A stretch of DNA of 64,000 nucleotides from Macrostomum hystrix (lineage: Eukaryota > Animalia > Platyhelminthes): assembly GCA_950097015.1 (NCBI GenBank), contig CATNEN010000039.1, forward strand, positions 2,108,001-2,172,000, in the 5' to 3' direction. Below the pieces are notes generated by a model that searched no databases, was not told the DNA's origin, and worked only from the letters and a program-made list of their open reading frames with translations. A program made the position numbers and the translations under genes. Shown here one piece after another: positions 37,972 to 50,300 of this stretch (within the stretch, counting starts at the first letter, position 1; every line of letters starts with the position of its first letter).

Positions 37972-39926
37972 ATGCAGCAGACTACACCTCGATATCCACC
38001 GCCATCGGCAACCACTCTCTGGAGTGGACCCTCACCCTCGACAAGGCCTCCGCTGTTGCCATCGCCAATGTTTCAGCCTTCAGCTGCAGTTGTGAACAAT
38101 GCCGCAATGCCAATGCCGGGTCCTCCTCACTTCGCACCGTCAACTTTCCTCGGCGGCGGCTTCGGTGGGCCGCATTTTTCTCGAGGTGAATTTCAAATTT
38201 TCACATCGCCAGTTAAAACTCTACAGTGAAATTAAAGTGAACAAAACGTGTTTTTGTATTTAGGTGCGAACCACAATTATCAGCAGCAGCAGCACCAAAC
38301 ATATCATCATCAGCAGCAGCAGCACCAAACTTATCAGCAGCAGCAGCAGCAGCAACACCACCACCAAAATTATCAGCAGCAGCAGCAGCAGTTTCGTTTC
38401 AACAACTGTCGGGGCGGAAACCGGGGACGAGGCAGAGGTCGCGGCGGCTTTGGCAGAGGCGGCGCCGCTGCCGGGCCAGCCGACCCGTCACCGTGGCACT
38501 GCTGCAATCGTGACTTCCGCAGCGAGTCAGACCTGGTGCGGCACAAGGCGGAGCACGCGAAATGCTGGGTTGCTAGCTGCCCATTCACTGCCAGCCAGGA
38601 GCTCATTGAGCTGCACTTTGTGCATCAGCACCGCACCGGCCTGGCCAGCCGCATTCTGCAGGCCGACGGCGACTCCTGGCGTCAGGAGAGGCGAAAAAAT
38701 TTCCCAACTGCGGCCAGAGCCGAAGCCAAGCAGAAAGAATCTGCGGCTAAGGAGGCTCGCGGCGAAGTTGTTCAACAGCGACAGTTTGGCAGGATGTCTG
38801 GCGGCAGTCGCGGACGCGGCGGCGGCTTCGACAGCCGAGGCGGCGGTGGCTGGCGCAGCCGTGGACGTGGACGCGGCTGGGGTCGCGGCGGTGGCTGGCA
38901 GCAAGAGCAGGTGGCTTTTTTGTTCCCTTAGAAATGTAGACGAATATGACACCAGCAGCCGTGGCTTTTGAAGGCGGAGCAAAACCTGCTATCTATTGTA
39001 CAGCTGAATCAACTAAAGCAGTGAAGAATTTAATGTTCCTTACTCACAGACAAAAATTTCTATCTTTTGGCCTTTATAGATTCGAACTCTCGAATTCTCA
39101 TTCCAAAGTCCTAAGCTCTAACCAATAGGCTGCGATCTCCCAACAATTAATTCTTAGACGATATGTATTGAAGACGTAACTAGTGTATTTTTAACCACCA
39201 GCTCCCGCCTGCCTCCTCCATTGTGTCCAGTCAACAGCCGTAGCATCGAGCGACACCAAAGGCCCAGAGGAATCGGCGGATGCCGACTATCGAGATCCTT
39301 TGGCCGCCTGCCTCAACGGATCCTCCGACAATGACGAAGATAATGAAGAGAACGATAACAAAAAAATCAAGATGGCTAGTGCTGCTGACTGCTCTGATGC
39401 TGTTGAAGATCCCGAAGCCGATGCGCCGCCCACTGTTCTAAGCAGCCTGGCGGCCAACTATGCGTCTTCGGCTTCGTCAGCTTCATTAAGCGAAGAGGAT
39501 GGGGGTAATTTAAAAGAAGATACCCCCGCGCAGGCCGAGCAGCCCAGTGAGGAAGCGGACACTGCAGTGGGCTTGAATTCGCGGCGGTATCGACGCCACG
39601 TGGACGCCGCGCTGGTGCTGCATCGGCGCCGGGAGCGCCTGGTGCAGGAGCCGAGCATGCGGCTGAGGCGGCCGGCCCTGCTCGAGATGCTGCTGGCCAG
39701 GCACATTCGTCACGAGCGCAACCTGCTGTTCCAGTGCGTGCGCCATATCTGCGCTAACGAGTTCTTCGACACCGACAAGCCGGCCGAGGCCGAGGAATTC
39801 GTCGAGGACAATCAGGAAGAAGCTGTTGAACTCGATCTGTCGGATGCCGAATGGGACGACGAGATGATGACTGGTGAGGAGGCTGCGCAGTCCAGTGACG
39901 GCGATGTCGCCGATGGACACGAGTAG
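37972..39926 (+). CDS. NUFIP1: NUFIP1 (box C/D snoRNP assembly factor), 518 aa
   Basis: Exons 37972-38185, 38264-38910 and 39231-39926. Pro/Gln-rich N-terminus, tandem C2H2-like fingers (CCNRDF..HKAEHAKC..CPF..HFVHQH), WRQERRKNFPT, RGG boxes and C-terminal RRPALLEMLLARHIRHERNLLFQCVRHI..NEFF. Confidence 0.88.
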
Positions 39927-40397
39927 TGAAGACAATATGTATCGAAATAGCTCAAGTTCCTGGTTTATAGACTCTTTAATCTTTCAGATTACACCACATA
40001 AAAGCAATGCCTGTTTCATTATACGGTCGTGAAGTTCATTTCAACAGTGGATGCCTTTTAAAATCAGTTTGCATTTGCTCTGACAATAGCTTCTCTGATT
40101 TTTGTAATCTTTTATTGTGCGTCTGTCGCCTGCTGTCAGCTTAAATAAATGCGGCACAATTTTCCAAGCTTTGTTGCGAGCGGTTTGCATTTGAGAAACA
40201 TTTCTATTGTTAATTATAATTGCTTTCCAAATAGCTTCTTTATTTTGAGTTGTTGATGAAACTGTACTTTAAAAACTCTTTATATTCTTATAAAAAATGA
40301 CTCAGCTAGGGCTATTTTTAAGTACAATTATTGACCCACTAGCTAACGATGTACTTACGAGTACAGCTGACTAAACAAGAAACCCTAGGCGAGAAAC

Positions 40398-40705
40398 AAT
40401 GTACATACACTAGGCCAAGCTCTAACCCCAATATTCATACACTAAGCCAAGCTCCAACCCCCAACGCACATACACTAGGCCAAGCTCTAACCCCCAATGT
40501 ACATACACTAGGTCAAGCTCTAACCCCCAATGTACATACACTAGGCCAAGCTCTAACCCCAATGTACATACACTAGGCCAAACTCTAACCCCCAATGTAC
40601 GAGCGTACATACACTAGCCCAAGCTCTAACCCCCAAGGAACATACACTAGCCAAAGCTCTAACCCCCAATGTGCATACACTAGGCCAGCTCTAGCCCCTA
40701 ATTTA
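40398..40705. repeat. 33-bp minisatellite (tacatacactaggccaagctctaacccccaatg) between NUFIP1 and CLPB
   Basis: Tandem periodicity. Confidence 0.9.
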
Positions 40706-40853
40706 CATACATACCGATGGATAACCCTCCTATAGTACATCTCTAACCCGTATTGTGTGCACACATAAGGACAAGCTATAGATGCAAATGCAATAAAATG
40801 CATGTAAATTATTGCCTTATGTTGGCTAAGAAGTTCTCGGGTGAGAATTCGAT

Positions 40854-43360
40854 ATGCAGGCGAAATATTCTCGAACCTCGCAGAGCTTCCACGCGGCTAA
40901 GCTGTCCGCCTCAGCCAGCCAATCGCTGCTGTCGGCTTCCATCAGCTGGCGCCTGCGTCGCCTGCTAGCTCTTCAGCAGCAGGCGAAACCGCTTCAGCGA
41001 TGCCTATCGGAGCTGTCAATCTCGGCCGACGATAAGCGCTGGTGGCGTGATCGTAGCCAGCAGCATCAGCAGCGGCGTCATCGTCTTTCGCGGGGCGCTG
41101 TTGCGGCCGCATTCGGAGCCGCCTTCGCTGTGGCGAAGGACAATCTGCCAGCCGACGAGTTTCTCGACTGCTGCCGCTCGGGCGATGCCGACTGCGTCCG
41201 CCGGCTGCTGTTTCGCTGCCGCCTGCTTCGTCAGCACGGATCGGCGAGCCGGCAGGCGGCCGCTGACGCTGAGGATCCTGTCAGGCTGCTGGTGAACTCG
41301 CGTCACAGATTCGGTTGGACTGCTTTGGCCGCTGCGGTTGTCAATGGACACGCCGAGGTTGCTCGGTGGGTACTGCGCGGTTTGCTAGTTTCGAATGGCT
41401 AAGCGGGTGTTTTATAGATGAAGGAATTGGACCGTTATCCAGTTCAACTGAATCACAAAACCGCAGATACACAGAATCCCAAATCGCACAAACCCACAAA
41501 ATCTCAAATAACCTAACTACGTAAATCCTTAATTCACTTACTCACAGAATCCCTAATTCCAGGTTCAGATAATAAATAAAATTCCAAAAGCCAGTTTTTA
41601 ATCCAAAGCATAATTATTTCATGTTTGTGCTTTGTATTGTAAAGCAAAGTTGCCTATTGCATCCTATCCTCCGTTGCCAGGGAGTTGCTAAGCCAGGGTG
41701 CCGATGTGAACGCCGTTGACAACTTCACCGGCGCATTCTCGGTTGCCGCCCAGCAGCGCCTCAGCTCTGCCGAAGTGAGCAGCATTCGCAGCTCCGACTT
41801 CAACGCCCGGCTGAACCACGGCGCCACCTTCGCTGGCTGCACGGCCCTGCACTACGCGGCCCTGATGGACTCGGCGCTGTTGGTGCAGCTGCTGCTGGAT
41901 GCCAAGGCCGATCCCACTCTGTAGGTTGATGGCTTCAAATTAAGCCCTCTTACATTTTTCTGGGGCTGTAGCCGAGTGATTATAGCGTCGAACTCACTAC
42001 TTGAAGGTCTGGGGTTCGATTCGCGGCTTCTCTGGATCAATTTGTGGCTTTTAAAAAGACACTTCACTCTGCATTGCTTCAGTTCAACCAGCTGTTAAAT
42101 AGCTACCAGCATTAGCTGGTGTGCGTGTGGCGTCCCCCAGTCCATGGACTGAACAGCCTAACGCAGCCTTCAAACACGCCTCACAATAGCGGCTGTGCTG
42201 TCGGCTGCACATCTGGCTAATTTTTCGTAACTCACTTTTTATCCCCATCAGGTTCCATGGGGGATATTTCGAGATTCGCTGGTTCTAGAGCAACTGTCTA
42301 AAAAGGGATTTCTTGAGTTCTACTTGACTCGCCCCGCGCCCGCAGCCGCAGCTCCGAAGGCCACCGGCCTTCGGCGTACGCGCCGGACGGCAGCGAAGCC
42401 CGCCGGCTGCTGCAGTCGGCCGAGGCCGCAGCCGAGCGCAGGCAGCGCCGGCAGTTCCCGCTGGAGCGGCGCCTGCGCGAGTCGCTAGTGGGCCAGGAGG
42501 CCGCCATTCGATGCGTCGCGGCTGCCATCCGGCGGAAAGAAAACGGCTGGAGCGACGCCGAGCACCCGCTCGTGTTCCTGTTTCTGGGCAGCTCCGGCGT
42601 GGGCAAAACCGAGCTGGCCAAGCAGGTGAGTTTTCCCCTCAGTTCGCATATCCCTGAGTTTGCATATTATCCCTGAGTTTGCATATTATCCCTGAGTTTG
42701 CATATTATCCCTGAGTTTGCATATTATCCCTGAGTTTGCATAGTATCCCTGAGTTTGCATATTATCCCTGAGTTTGCATATTACCCCTGAGTTTGCATAG
42801 TATCCCTGAGTTTGCATATTATCCCTGAGTTTGCATATTATCCCTGAGTTTGCATATTATCCCTGAGTTTGCATATTATCCCTGAGTTTGCATAGTATCC
42901 CTGAGTTTGCATAGTATCCCTGAGTTTGCATAGTATCCCTGAGTTTGCATATTATCCCTGAGTTTGCATAGTATCCCTGAGTTTGCATAGTATCCCTGAG
43001 TTTGCATATTATCCCTGAGTTTGCATATTATCCCTGAGTTTGCATATTATCCCTGAGTTTGCATATTATCCCTGAGTTTGCATAGTATCCCTGAGTTTGC
43101 ATATTATCCCTGAGTTTGCATATTATCCCTGAGTTTGCATATTATCCCTGAGTTTGCATATTATCCCCTCAGTAGCCATATTATCCCCTCAGTAGCCGTA
43201 TTATCCTCTCAGTAGCCATATTATCCCCTCAGTAGCCGTATTATCCTCTCAGTAGCCATATTATCCCTTCAGTTTCCTAGATCCTAGTTCTAATCCTAGA
43301 TTGAAATTTACAAGATGTCCTGTCTGCCGCAGGTGTCGCTCTACCTGAGCCGGGACAGCA

Positions 43361-43394
<34 letters not shown>

Positions 43395-45038
43395 GAGGCC
43401 TGCGGAAGCGGATTCCGGCTTTGTCAGGCTGGACATGTCCGAATACGCGGAGAAGCACGAGGCAGCGAAGCTGATAGGTGCGCCGCCCGGCTATGTTGGA
43501 CACGAGAGCGGCGGCCAGCTGACCAAGGCCCTCCAGCGCTGCCCGTCGGCCACCGTTCTGCTAGACGAGGTGGACAAGGCGCACCCGGATGTGCTCAGCA
43601 CCCTGCTGCAGCTCTTCGATGAGGGTCGCCTAACTGACGGCCAGGGCCGCACCGTCAACTGCAAGGACGCCGTCTTCATCATGACATCGAATTTGGCCGC
43701 CGATCAGATTGCCGAGTACGGGCAGCAGCTCAGGCAGGCCCTCAGCGGCAAAAGCGGCGGCGGCAGCGGAGAGTTGGAGGTCGAAGCTGAGGTGGGTGGT
43801 CCGGGTCCTATTAACCCAATTCGTGGGAAAGCAAATAATTTATTTCCAGTGGACAAATATTAAATTCCTGGAATGCCTAACAACAGCATCCATTATTGAT
43901 TTCCTGGAATGCCTAGCAACAGCATCCTTTATAGATTACCTGGAATGTCTAGCAACAGCATCCATTCTTGATTTCCTGGAATGCCTAGCAACAGCATTCA
44001 TTTTTGATTTCCTGGAATGCCTAGCAACAGCACTCATTCTTGATTTCCTAGAATGCCTAGCAACAGCATTCATTCTTGATTTCCTAGAATGCCTAGCAAC
44101 AGCATCCATTCTTAGTTGCCAGGAATGTTCAGCAACAATTGACTTTTGATTTCCTGGAGTGCCCAATAACAACATTCAGATTTCCCACCGCCCCCCCAAC
44201 ACAGGTGAGCCGGGAATTCAAAGACAGGGTTGTCCGGCCGATTTTGAAGCGCCATTTTCGTCGGGACGAATTCCTTGGCCGCATCAACGAGATCGTGTAC
44301 TTTTTGCCCTTCAACGCTGCCGAGCTCGCCAAGCTGGTCAACAGGCAGCTGAACAAGTGGGCTCGGGTCGCCAAGGAGCGGCACGGCATCCGGCTAGCCT
44401 GGGATGACCGAGCCGTCAAGGTGCTGGCAGATGGCTACGATTATCACTATGGGGCCAGGTGTGTCTGATTCGGCTTTTACTTTAGTCCTCTTTTAATCCC
44501 CGATAATCCGGATCCCATGACAATCCCAATCCGCCAATAGTTCAATCCCTGTGAGCCAAGAACCCGATAATGCTAATCACACAATAAATCCTCAGCTAAT
44601 TCCAATTCCCAAGAATCTCAGCGCCCGATTATCCAGGGTCTAGGGTCTAATCCTGGTCTTTTATAAGCGGTTCTGGTGCTGCTTTCTGATCATGCTTTAT
44701 CAACACGATGCAGGTCTCTGATCATGCTTTATCAACACGATGCAGGTCTCTGATCATGCTTTATCAACACGCTGCAGGTCTCTGATCATGCTTTATCAAC
44801 ACGCTGCAGGTCTCTGAAGTACGAAGTGGACCGGCAGGTCGTCAGCCAGCTGGCACTGGCAGACGAGTTCGGCCTGTTGGCTCAAGGCGACGTCGTCGAG
44901 CTGGTCGTTAGCGAAGCCGCCGGCGCGCGGAAGATCGACTTGAAAGTATGCCGCGGCCAGGCTGGCTCGTCCACTTATTCAGCTGTGCTGCTGAGCGACA
45001 AGCAGGCAGAGAGTGATGCTGCTGCTGCTGCCAGCTGA
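40854..45038 (+). CDS. CLPB: Mitochondrial disaggregase CLPB/Skd3 (ankyrin repeats plus AAA+), about 657 aa
   Basis: Exons 40854-41365, 41681-41920, 42346-42625, 43333-43791, 44205-44458 and 44810-45038, frame consistent. [42 protein letters not shown] (Walker A), [23 protein letters not shown] (Walker B), [12 protein letters not shown] and YGARSLKYEV. Start codon uncertain. Confidence 0.92.
41962..42215 (+). mobile_element. SINE family 1 copy (CLPB intron 2)
   Basis: ggggctgtagccgagtgatt..ggggttcgattc..agacacttcac..cagtccatggactgaac..gctgtcggctgcacatctg, the reverse complement of 186-458. Confidence 0.75.
42648..43270. repeat. 19-bp intronic minisatellite (tatccctgagtttgcatat) with a 20-bp variant tail
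   Basis: Tandem periodicity. Confidence 0.95.
43864..44170. repeat. 36-bp intronic minisatellite (ttcctggaatgcctagcaacagcatccattcttgat)
   Basis: Tandem periodicity. Confidence 0.9.
44684..44816 (+). repeat. 32-bp tandem repeat x4 spanning the 3' splice site of the last CLPB exon
   Basis: Unit tctctgatcatgctttatcaacacg(a/c)tgcagg; CAG ends at 44713, 44745, 44777 and 44809. Confidence 0.92.
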
Positions 45039-45248
45039 AATCAATCTGACTTTGTTCGAATCAGACACTCGCCTTGCTGAGCTTTTATCTTTTTAACTGG
45101 AAATTAGCCTGTTCATAACTGTAGCTGCTGTTATCCCACTTTTGTTGCCAGTGAGTGATAAAATATATGTAACCTGACCATGAGGCTCCCGAAATTCAAT
45201 CATCAATTTTAAAATAATCCATATAAGCTTTCTTTATTTCCAACGTCT

Positions 45249-45704
45249 GGGGGAAACATGAGATAAATACACCTGGAAGAATGGGGAAATATGAGATAAA
45301 TACACCTGGAAGAATGGGGAAACATGAGATAAATACACCTGGAAGAATGGGGAAACATGAGATAAATACACCTGGAAGAATGGGGGAACATGAGATAAAT
45401 ACACCTGGAAGAATGGGGGAAACATGAGATAAATACACCTGGAAGAATGGGGGAACATGAGATAAATACACCTGGAAGAATGGGGAAACATGAGATAAAT
45501 ACACCTGGAAGAATGGGGGAAACATGAGATAAATACACCTGGAAGAATGGGGGAAACATGAGATAAATACACCTGGAAGAATGGGGAAACATGAGATAAA
45601 TACACCTGGAAGAATGGGGGAAACATGAGATAAATACACCTGGAAGAATGGGGAAACATGAGATAAATACACCTGGAAGAATGGGGAAACATGATTTAAA
45701 TACA
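45249..45704. repeat. 33-34-bp minisatellite (ggggaaacatgagataaatacacctggaagaat) interrupted by a LINE; last unit resumes at 51146-51180
   Basis: Tandem periodicity; unit continues as atttaaatacacctggaagaat after the LINE. Confidence 0.93.
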
Positions 45705-45747
45705 ACGAGCAACGTGTAACGAGCAGCCCCCCACCTGCTTTTCAGCC

Positions 45748-47334
45748 ATGGCCTCGCCCATCTCTTCTTTCGAAACCGAGCTAAACTCGGCCGCTCCGGA
45801 CGCTGCCACTGGCAGGTCCCACGTCCTCGGTGCAGCTGGTGGGACTGAGAATCCCGCCACTGAAATCGTCGACCAGGATAAACGCAACCCGAGCCGCAAG
45901 CGCTCGGAGGAAGCGCGTGTAAGGCGCAACCAGAAGCGCAACGAACGCCGCCGTAATGCTGCGGCGGCCGCGACTGGTGGGCGCCCGACACCTGCACACG
46001 AGGCGGGTGCGAAAGATGCGGCAGGGCCACCTGGATCCGCCGCCCCCCCCACCGCCGCTCCGGCCAGCACCATCTCCAAGGCCGGCACCGACGCCGACGG
46101 AAAGAGCGTGGAAGGCGCAGCAGGGCCATCTGGAGCCGCCGCCCCCACCGCCATCACGGCCACCACCACCCACAAGGCCGGCACGTCCAACGCCAGCAAG
46201 GCCAAGGAGACCTATGCCTCCAAAGCCAAGCGGGAGCCTGTCCAGCCGGCGATCATTGTGGTCGGCGAGGAACAGGACCTCTCAAACGAGCAGCTCAAAA
46301 GCATGCTCAGGACCATCGACGAGGGCCTCACGGACCTGGCACTGGCAGGGACACCAGTCAGCGTTGTCAGGTCCGAAGCGCAGGAGGGGGCTGTCCTCCT
46401 CTGGTGCAAATCGGCGGGGGATAGCCGCCTGCTGCGCGATCGGATCAAAGACTTCAAGTGGAGCACCGATGTCGGAAGACTGAGGTGCACCACCGAGTCC
46501 GAGCGTCCACGGACCCGACGTCATCGTGTCTGGGTCCCCGACGCCTGCTCAATCCGGTCCGGGGACCAACTTCGGCAGCTGCTGCTGAAGATGAACCCGG
46601 ACCTCCCAGCCTCCGGGCTGATCTGCCACGAAACCGTCCGCAAAGAAGCGGAGGGTTTCACGGCGATCTACGGCTTCTCCGAAGCCTGGTCCAAAAGGAT
46701 CCCTCACAAGAGCGTAATCAAACCGGGACTCTACCCGCTGACCATCCTGGATTGTCAGGAGAGGAAGGCCGGGGAGGGATCGGAAAATAAGCGGGCCGCT
46801 CCTGGCTCTGGGGCGAAAGCTCCGCCAGCTAAGCGGCATGCAACGTCCGCGGACCCCCGCCCGGGCAAAAATATCCGCATCGCCGAATCCGGCCCCCGAG
46901 ATCGTAGACCAGCCCGCAACAACCGCAAATCGGGCCTGGTCTTGCGGGCGCTCAGCGAAGCCCGAGCGCTCAGAGAGCACCTGGAGCGCTCCCGCGCTAC
47001 AAAAGCGCAAACCTCCCTTCCTCCCAGCCAGCCGCAAAGTGCCGGGACCCACGGAGCGGTGGCCACCGACTGGTCTGAGGATCCCCCTCACCGGAAGGAG
47101 GCTGCCATCCACACGGACCCGACCCCCGAGGGCGAGGCGTCGAGTGACGGCAGCGACTGCACCGTTGTTGGGTGGAGCGGCCGGGACACGCAGCGGTCAG
47201 AGCAGCAGCTCTCCGCAGCGATTCCCGCCGTTCCCTCCACAGCGGTTGCGGGCGCGCCGCTACTCATGGAGGTCTGCAGCCCGACCCCGTCTGAGGAGGA
47301 CGAGCTGCTCAAGGAGACTCCCGCTGGACCATGA
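45748..47334 (+). CDS. LINE ORF1 (gag-like, 528 aa)
   Basis: Long ORF upstream of pol with basic and low-complexity ends; its stop overlaps the ORF2 start (ATGA at 47331-47334). Confidence 0.8.
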   Translation: MASPISSFETELNSAAPDAATGRSHVLGAAGGTENPATEIVDQDKRNPSRKRSEEARVRRNQKRNERRRNAAAAATGGRPTPAHEAGAKDAAGPPGSAAPPTAAPASTISKAGTDADGKSVEGAAGPSGAAAPTAITATTTHKAGTSNASKAKETYASKAKREPVQPAIIVVGEEQDLSNEQLKSMLRTIDEGLTDLALAGTPVSVVRSEAQEGAVLLWCKSAGDSRLLRDRIKDFKWSTDVGRLRCTTESERPRTRRHRVWVPDACSIRSGDQLRQLLLKMNPDLPASGLICHETVRKEAEGFTAIYGFSEAWSKRIPHKSVIKPGLYPLTILDCQERKAGEGSENKRAAPGSGAKAPPAKRHATSADPRPGKNIRIAESGPRDRRPARNNRKSGLVLRALSEARALREHLERSRATKAQTSLPPSQPQSAGTHGAVATDWSEDPPHRKEAAIHTDPTPEGEASSDGSDCTVVGWSGRDTQRSEQQLSAAIPAVPSTAVAGAPLLMEVCSPTPSEEDELLKETPAGP

Positions 47335-50300
47335 TCGGCCACACTGGGATCACCTGCCTGCAGGTTAACCTGCAACACTGCATAGCTGCATCCGTCAATC
47401 TGATGCGCTATGTCGAGCTCAACATGCCGGGTCTCATCCTCGTCCAGGAGCCGTGGACTCATAAAGGTAAGCCTCAAAATGTACCCAATGGGTATCACTG
47501 CCTCTACAACAGCCGTCACTGGGAGAACCAAACTCCCAGGGCGTGCATCCTCGTGAGAGACTCCCTCAACGCCTGGCACAGACCCGACCTTTCTGATCGG
47601 GACACCTGTGTCATCCAGACGGAGAACATCCTCCCAGGAAAAACCGTCTTAATCGCCTCGGTTTACTTACCGGGCGACAGGCCGGCAGTCCCTGAGGAGC
47701 TGATCTCTCTGACTGAAACCTGCGCTGCCAAAAACTATGAGCTCATAGTGGCTGGCGATATTAACGCCCACCACACCCACTGGGGGAGCTCTGACATTAA
47801 CTCGAGAGGCGAGGACCTCCTTGCCTACATCTTAACCACGTCCCTGGAGTTCTGCAACACAGGGAGCACCCCGACCTTTGACAATGGCCGGTGGTCTGAG
47901 GTCATCGACGCCACTCTAGCCACACCTGGGCTTTACCAGAGCCTTAGGGAGTGGCAGGTTCTGCCGGAGACCTCCCTCTCCGATCATAAATACATCTCTT
48001 TCCAACTGGCGGGTGCACGCTGCACTAACCAGATCACTTGGAAAAGGAACGCTAGGAATACCGATTGGGAAGCCTTCAGGCATAACCTCGAAGGAACCCA
48101 ACGAAACCTAAGCCCCCCCGCCAACACCTGCGATGAAGCGGATGAGCTAGCTGAGTTTCTCACCAACTCGCTGACCACCGCCTTCGAGGCCTCCTGCCCC
48201 CTCAAAGCTTACAGAGGCAAAACTTCGGCCCCTTGGTGGAATCCGCAGCTCGGCGAGCTCCGTCGAACGGCGAAGCGGCTGCACCGCAGGGCCACGAAGA
48301 CAAAAAACCCGGCTGATCAGGCTGCGTATCTCGAAGCCATCCATAGCTTCAAGAAGGAAGTCAGAAACGCCAAAAACAGCAAGTGGCGGCAATACTGTGA
48401 GGAGCTTGAGGGCACTCGCCCCACCTCCAGAATTGTCAAAGCCCTCACGCTGGACAAAATGTCCAAGCTTTCGACGGTGAGGAAGGCCGATGGCCGACCC
48501 ACCGAGAACCCTGGGGAAACGCTCGACACTATGCTCACAGCCTTTTTCCCCAGCGTGCCAGCAGGGACAGACCCCCCGGATCACACCGAGGGAGGTCATA
48601 TCCTTGCGACGTCCATCATTACTGAAGACCGGGTTACCAAGGCAGCCCAGTCTTTCAAACCCTTCAAATCCCCGGGGCCGGACGGCATTATACCAGCCTT
48701 CATCCGCGAGGCGGTAAAATGCCATGGCTTCCTCACAAATCTTTGCAAGCTCCTTAAGGCTTGCATTGTGCTTGGGTATGTTCCGAAGGCATGGACCGAG
48801 GCGAGGGTGGTTTTTATCCCCAAGCCAGGCCGCCCGGACTACCATTCCATTAAATCGTTTCGGCCAATTAGCCTTACCTCCACCATGGTCAAACTGATGG
48901 AGAGATTGGTGCTCTGGCGCCTCCTCTCTGTGGAGCTGAAAAATATGCCACTAAGCGGCAATCAACACGCCTTTCGGTCGGGACGTTCCACCGAAAGCGC
49001 TCTCCACGCTCTGGTGGACGCTCTGGAAAAGGCCGTCCTCGGGAACGGCTTTGCCCTGAGCATCTTCCTGGATATTGACGGGGCCTTCGACAACGTTCTC
49101 TTCGAGGCGTTTGACAGGGCCCTACGTATGCGGCACACGCATTCGCATCTTAGGAGGTGGATCATGTACATGGTCCGCCACCGCACTGCTACGGCACACC
49201 TTCTTGGACACCAGCGGACGGTCACTGTCTGCAAAGGTTGCCCACAAGGCGGCGTCCTCTCACCAGTTCTCTGGAACATGGTTATCGACGAGCTCTTACG
49301 AGACTCTCAGCCAGACCCCATCCTAAAGGTCGGCTATGCGGATGATGTTACGGCAGTGGCATCTGGCCCGGTACCAGAGGCCCTCCGAGACCTTCTGCAA
49401 AACTTTATCAACAACGCCGAAAGATGGGCAACTCGCTGCGGTCTGAAGCTCTCCGAGTCTAAGACAGCGGCGATCATGTTCACCAGCAAAAACAAATGGC
49501 ATATTCGCCCCCTCCAGCTGTATGGAAAGGACATCACCTTCCAGAAGCAAACTAAATGCCTGGGCATAACGCTCGATCACAGGCTCAGCTGGACTCCTCA
49601 TGTCCATGCCAAAGCCAAAAAGGCCTTTGCGATCCTGGCGCAGCTGCGCAGGGCGGTGGGCAACACGTGGGGTCTCACCCCCAAACGCCTATGGTGGATC
49701 TACACTGCTATGGTCAGGCCGGCTGTCTCGTACGCCGGACTGATCTGGGCTAGCGCCCTTCAGCTTAAGACCTGCCATGAGACTCTTCGGAGAGTGCAAG
49801 GTCGCGCATGTCGGACGATCATGAGCGCCCCGCCATCCGCCCCCTTCGATGGCCTCAACGCCTTCTTGAACATCCTCCCGCTCGATATCTTTATCCGCGG
49901 GGAGGCGGCAAAAACCGCCCGGCGTCTCCTTGATGCCGGTGTGCGCTTCGTCCCCCAACGAGCGGCAGCGAAGCGAAAGCTCCTGCCGCACACGGACCTT
50001 TGCCTGAGAGACTTGGGTGCGAGCAACGGAATCAATGTCCTTACGGACGGTGAACCGTGCTCGCTCAACCTCCTTCAGCGCTTTAAGGTTCTCATCCCCA
50101 CCAGGGACCAAGTTAGCGACCACTGGAACACCCAGGAGGTCCACTGCTACACGGACGGATCCATGAAGGATGGCTCCGCTGGCTTCGGGGTCTGTATCCT
50201 TATCAACGGACGTGTTGTCGCCACACACGCCCAACACACTGGAAAATCCTCGAGCGTTTTCCAGAACGAGGTCCTGGCCATCAGCTCCTGCGCTGCGGAG

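Noticed and set aside
40398-40705. Telomere-like ctaaccc motif
   Set aside because: A single motif within a 33-bp unit, not a TTAGGG array.
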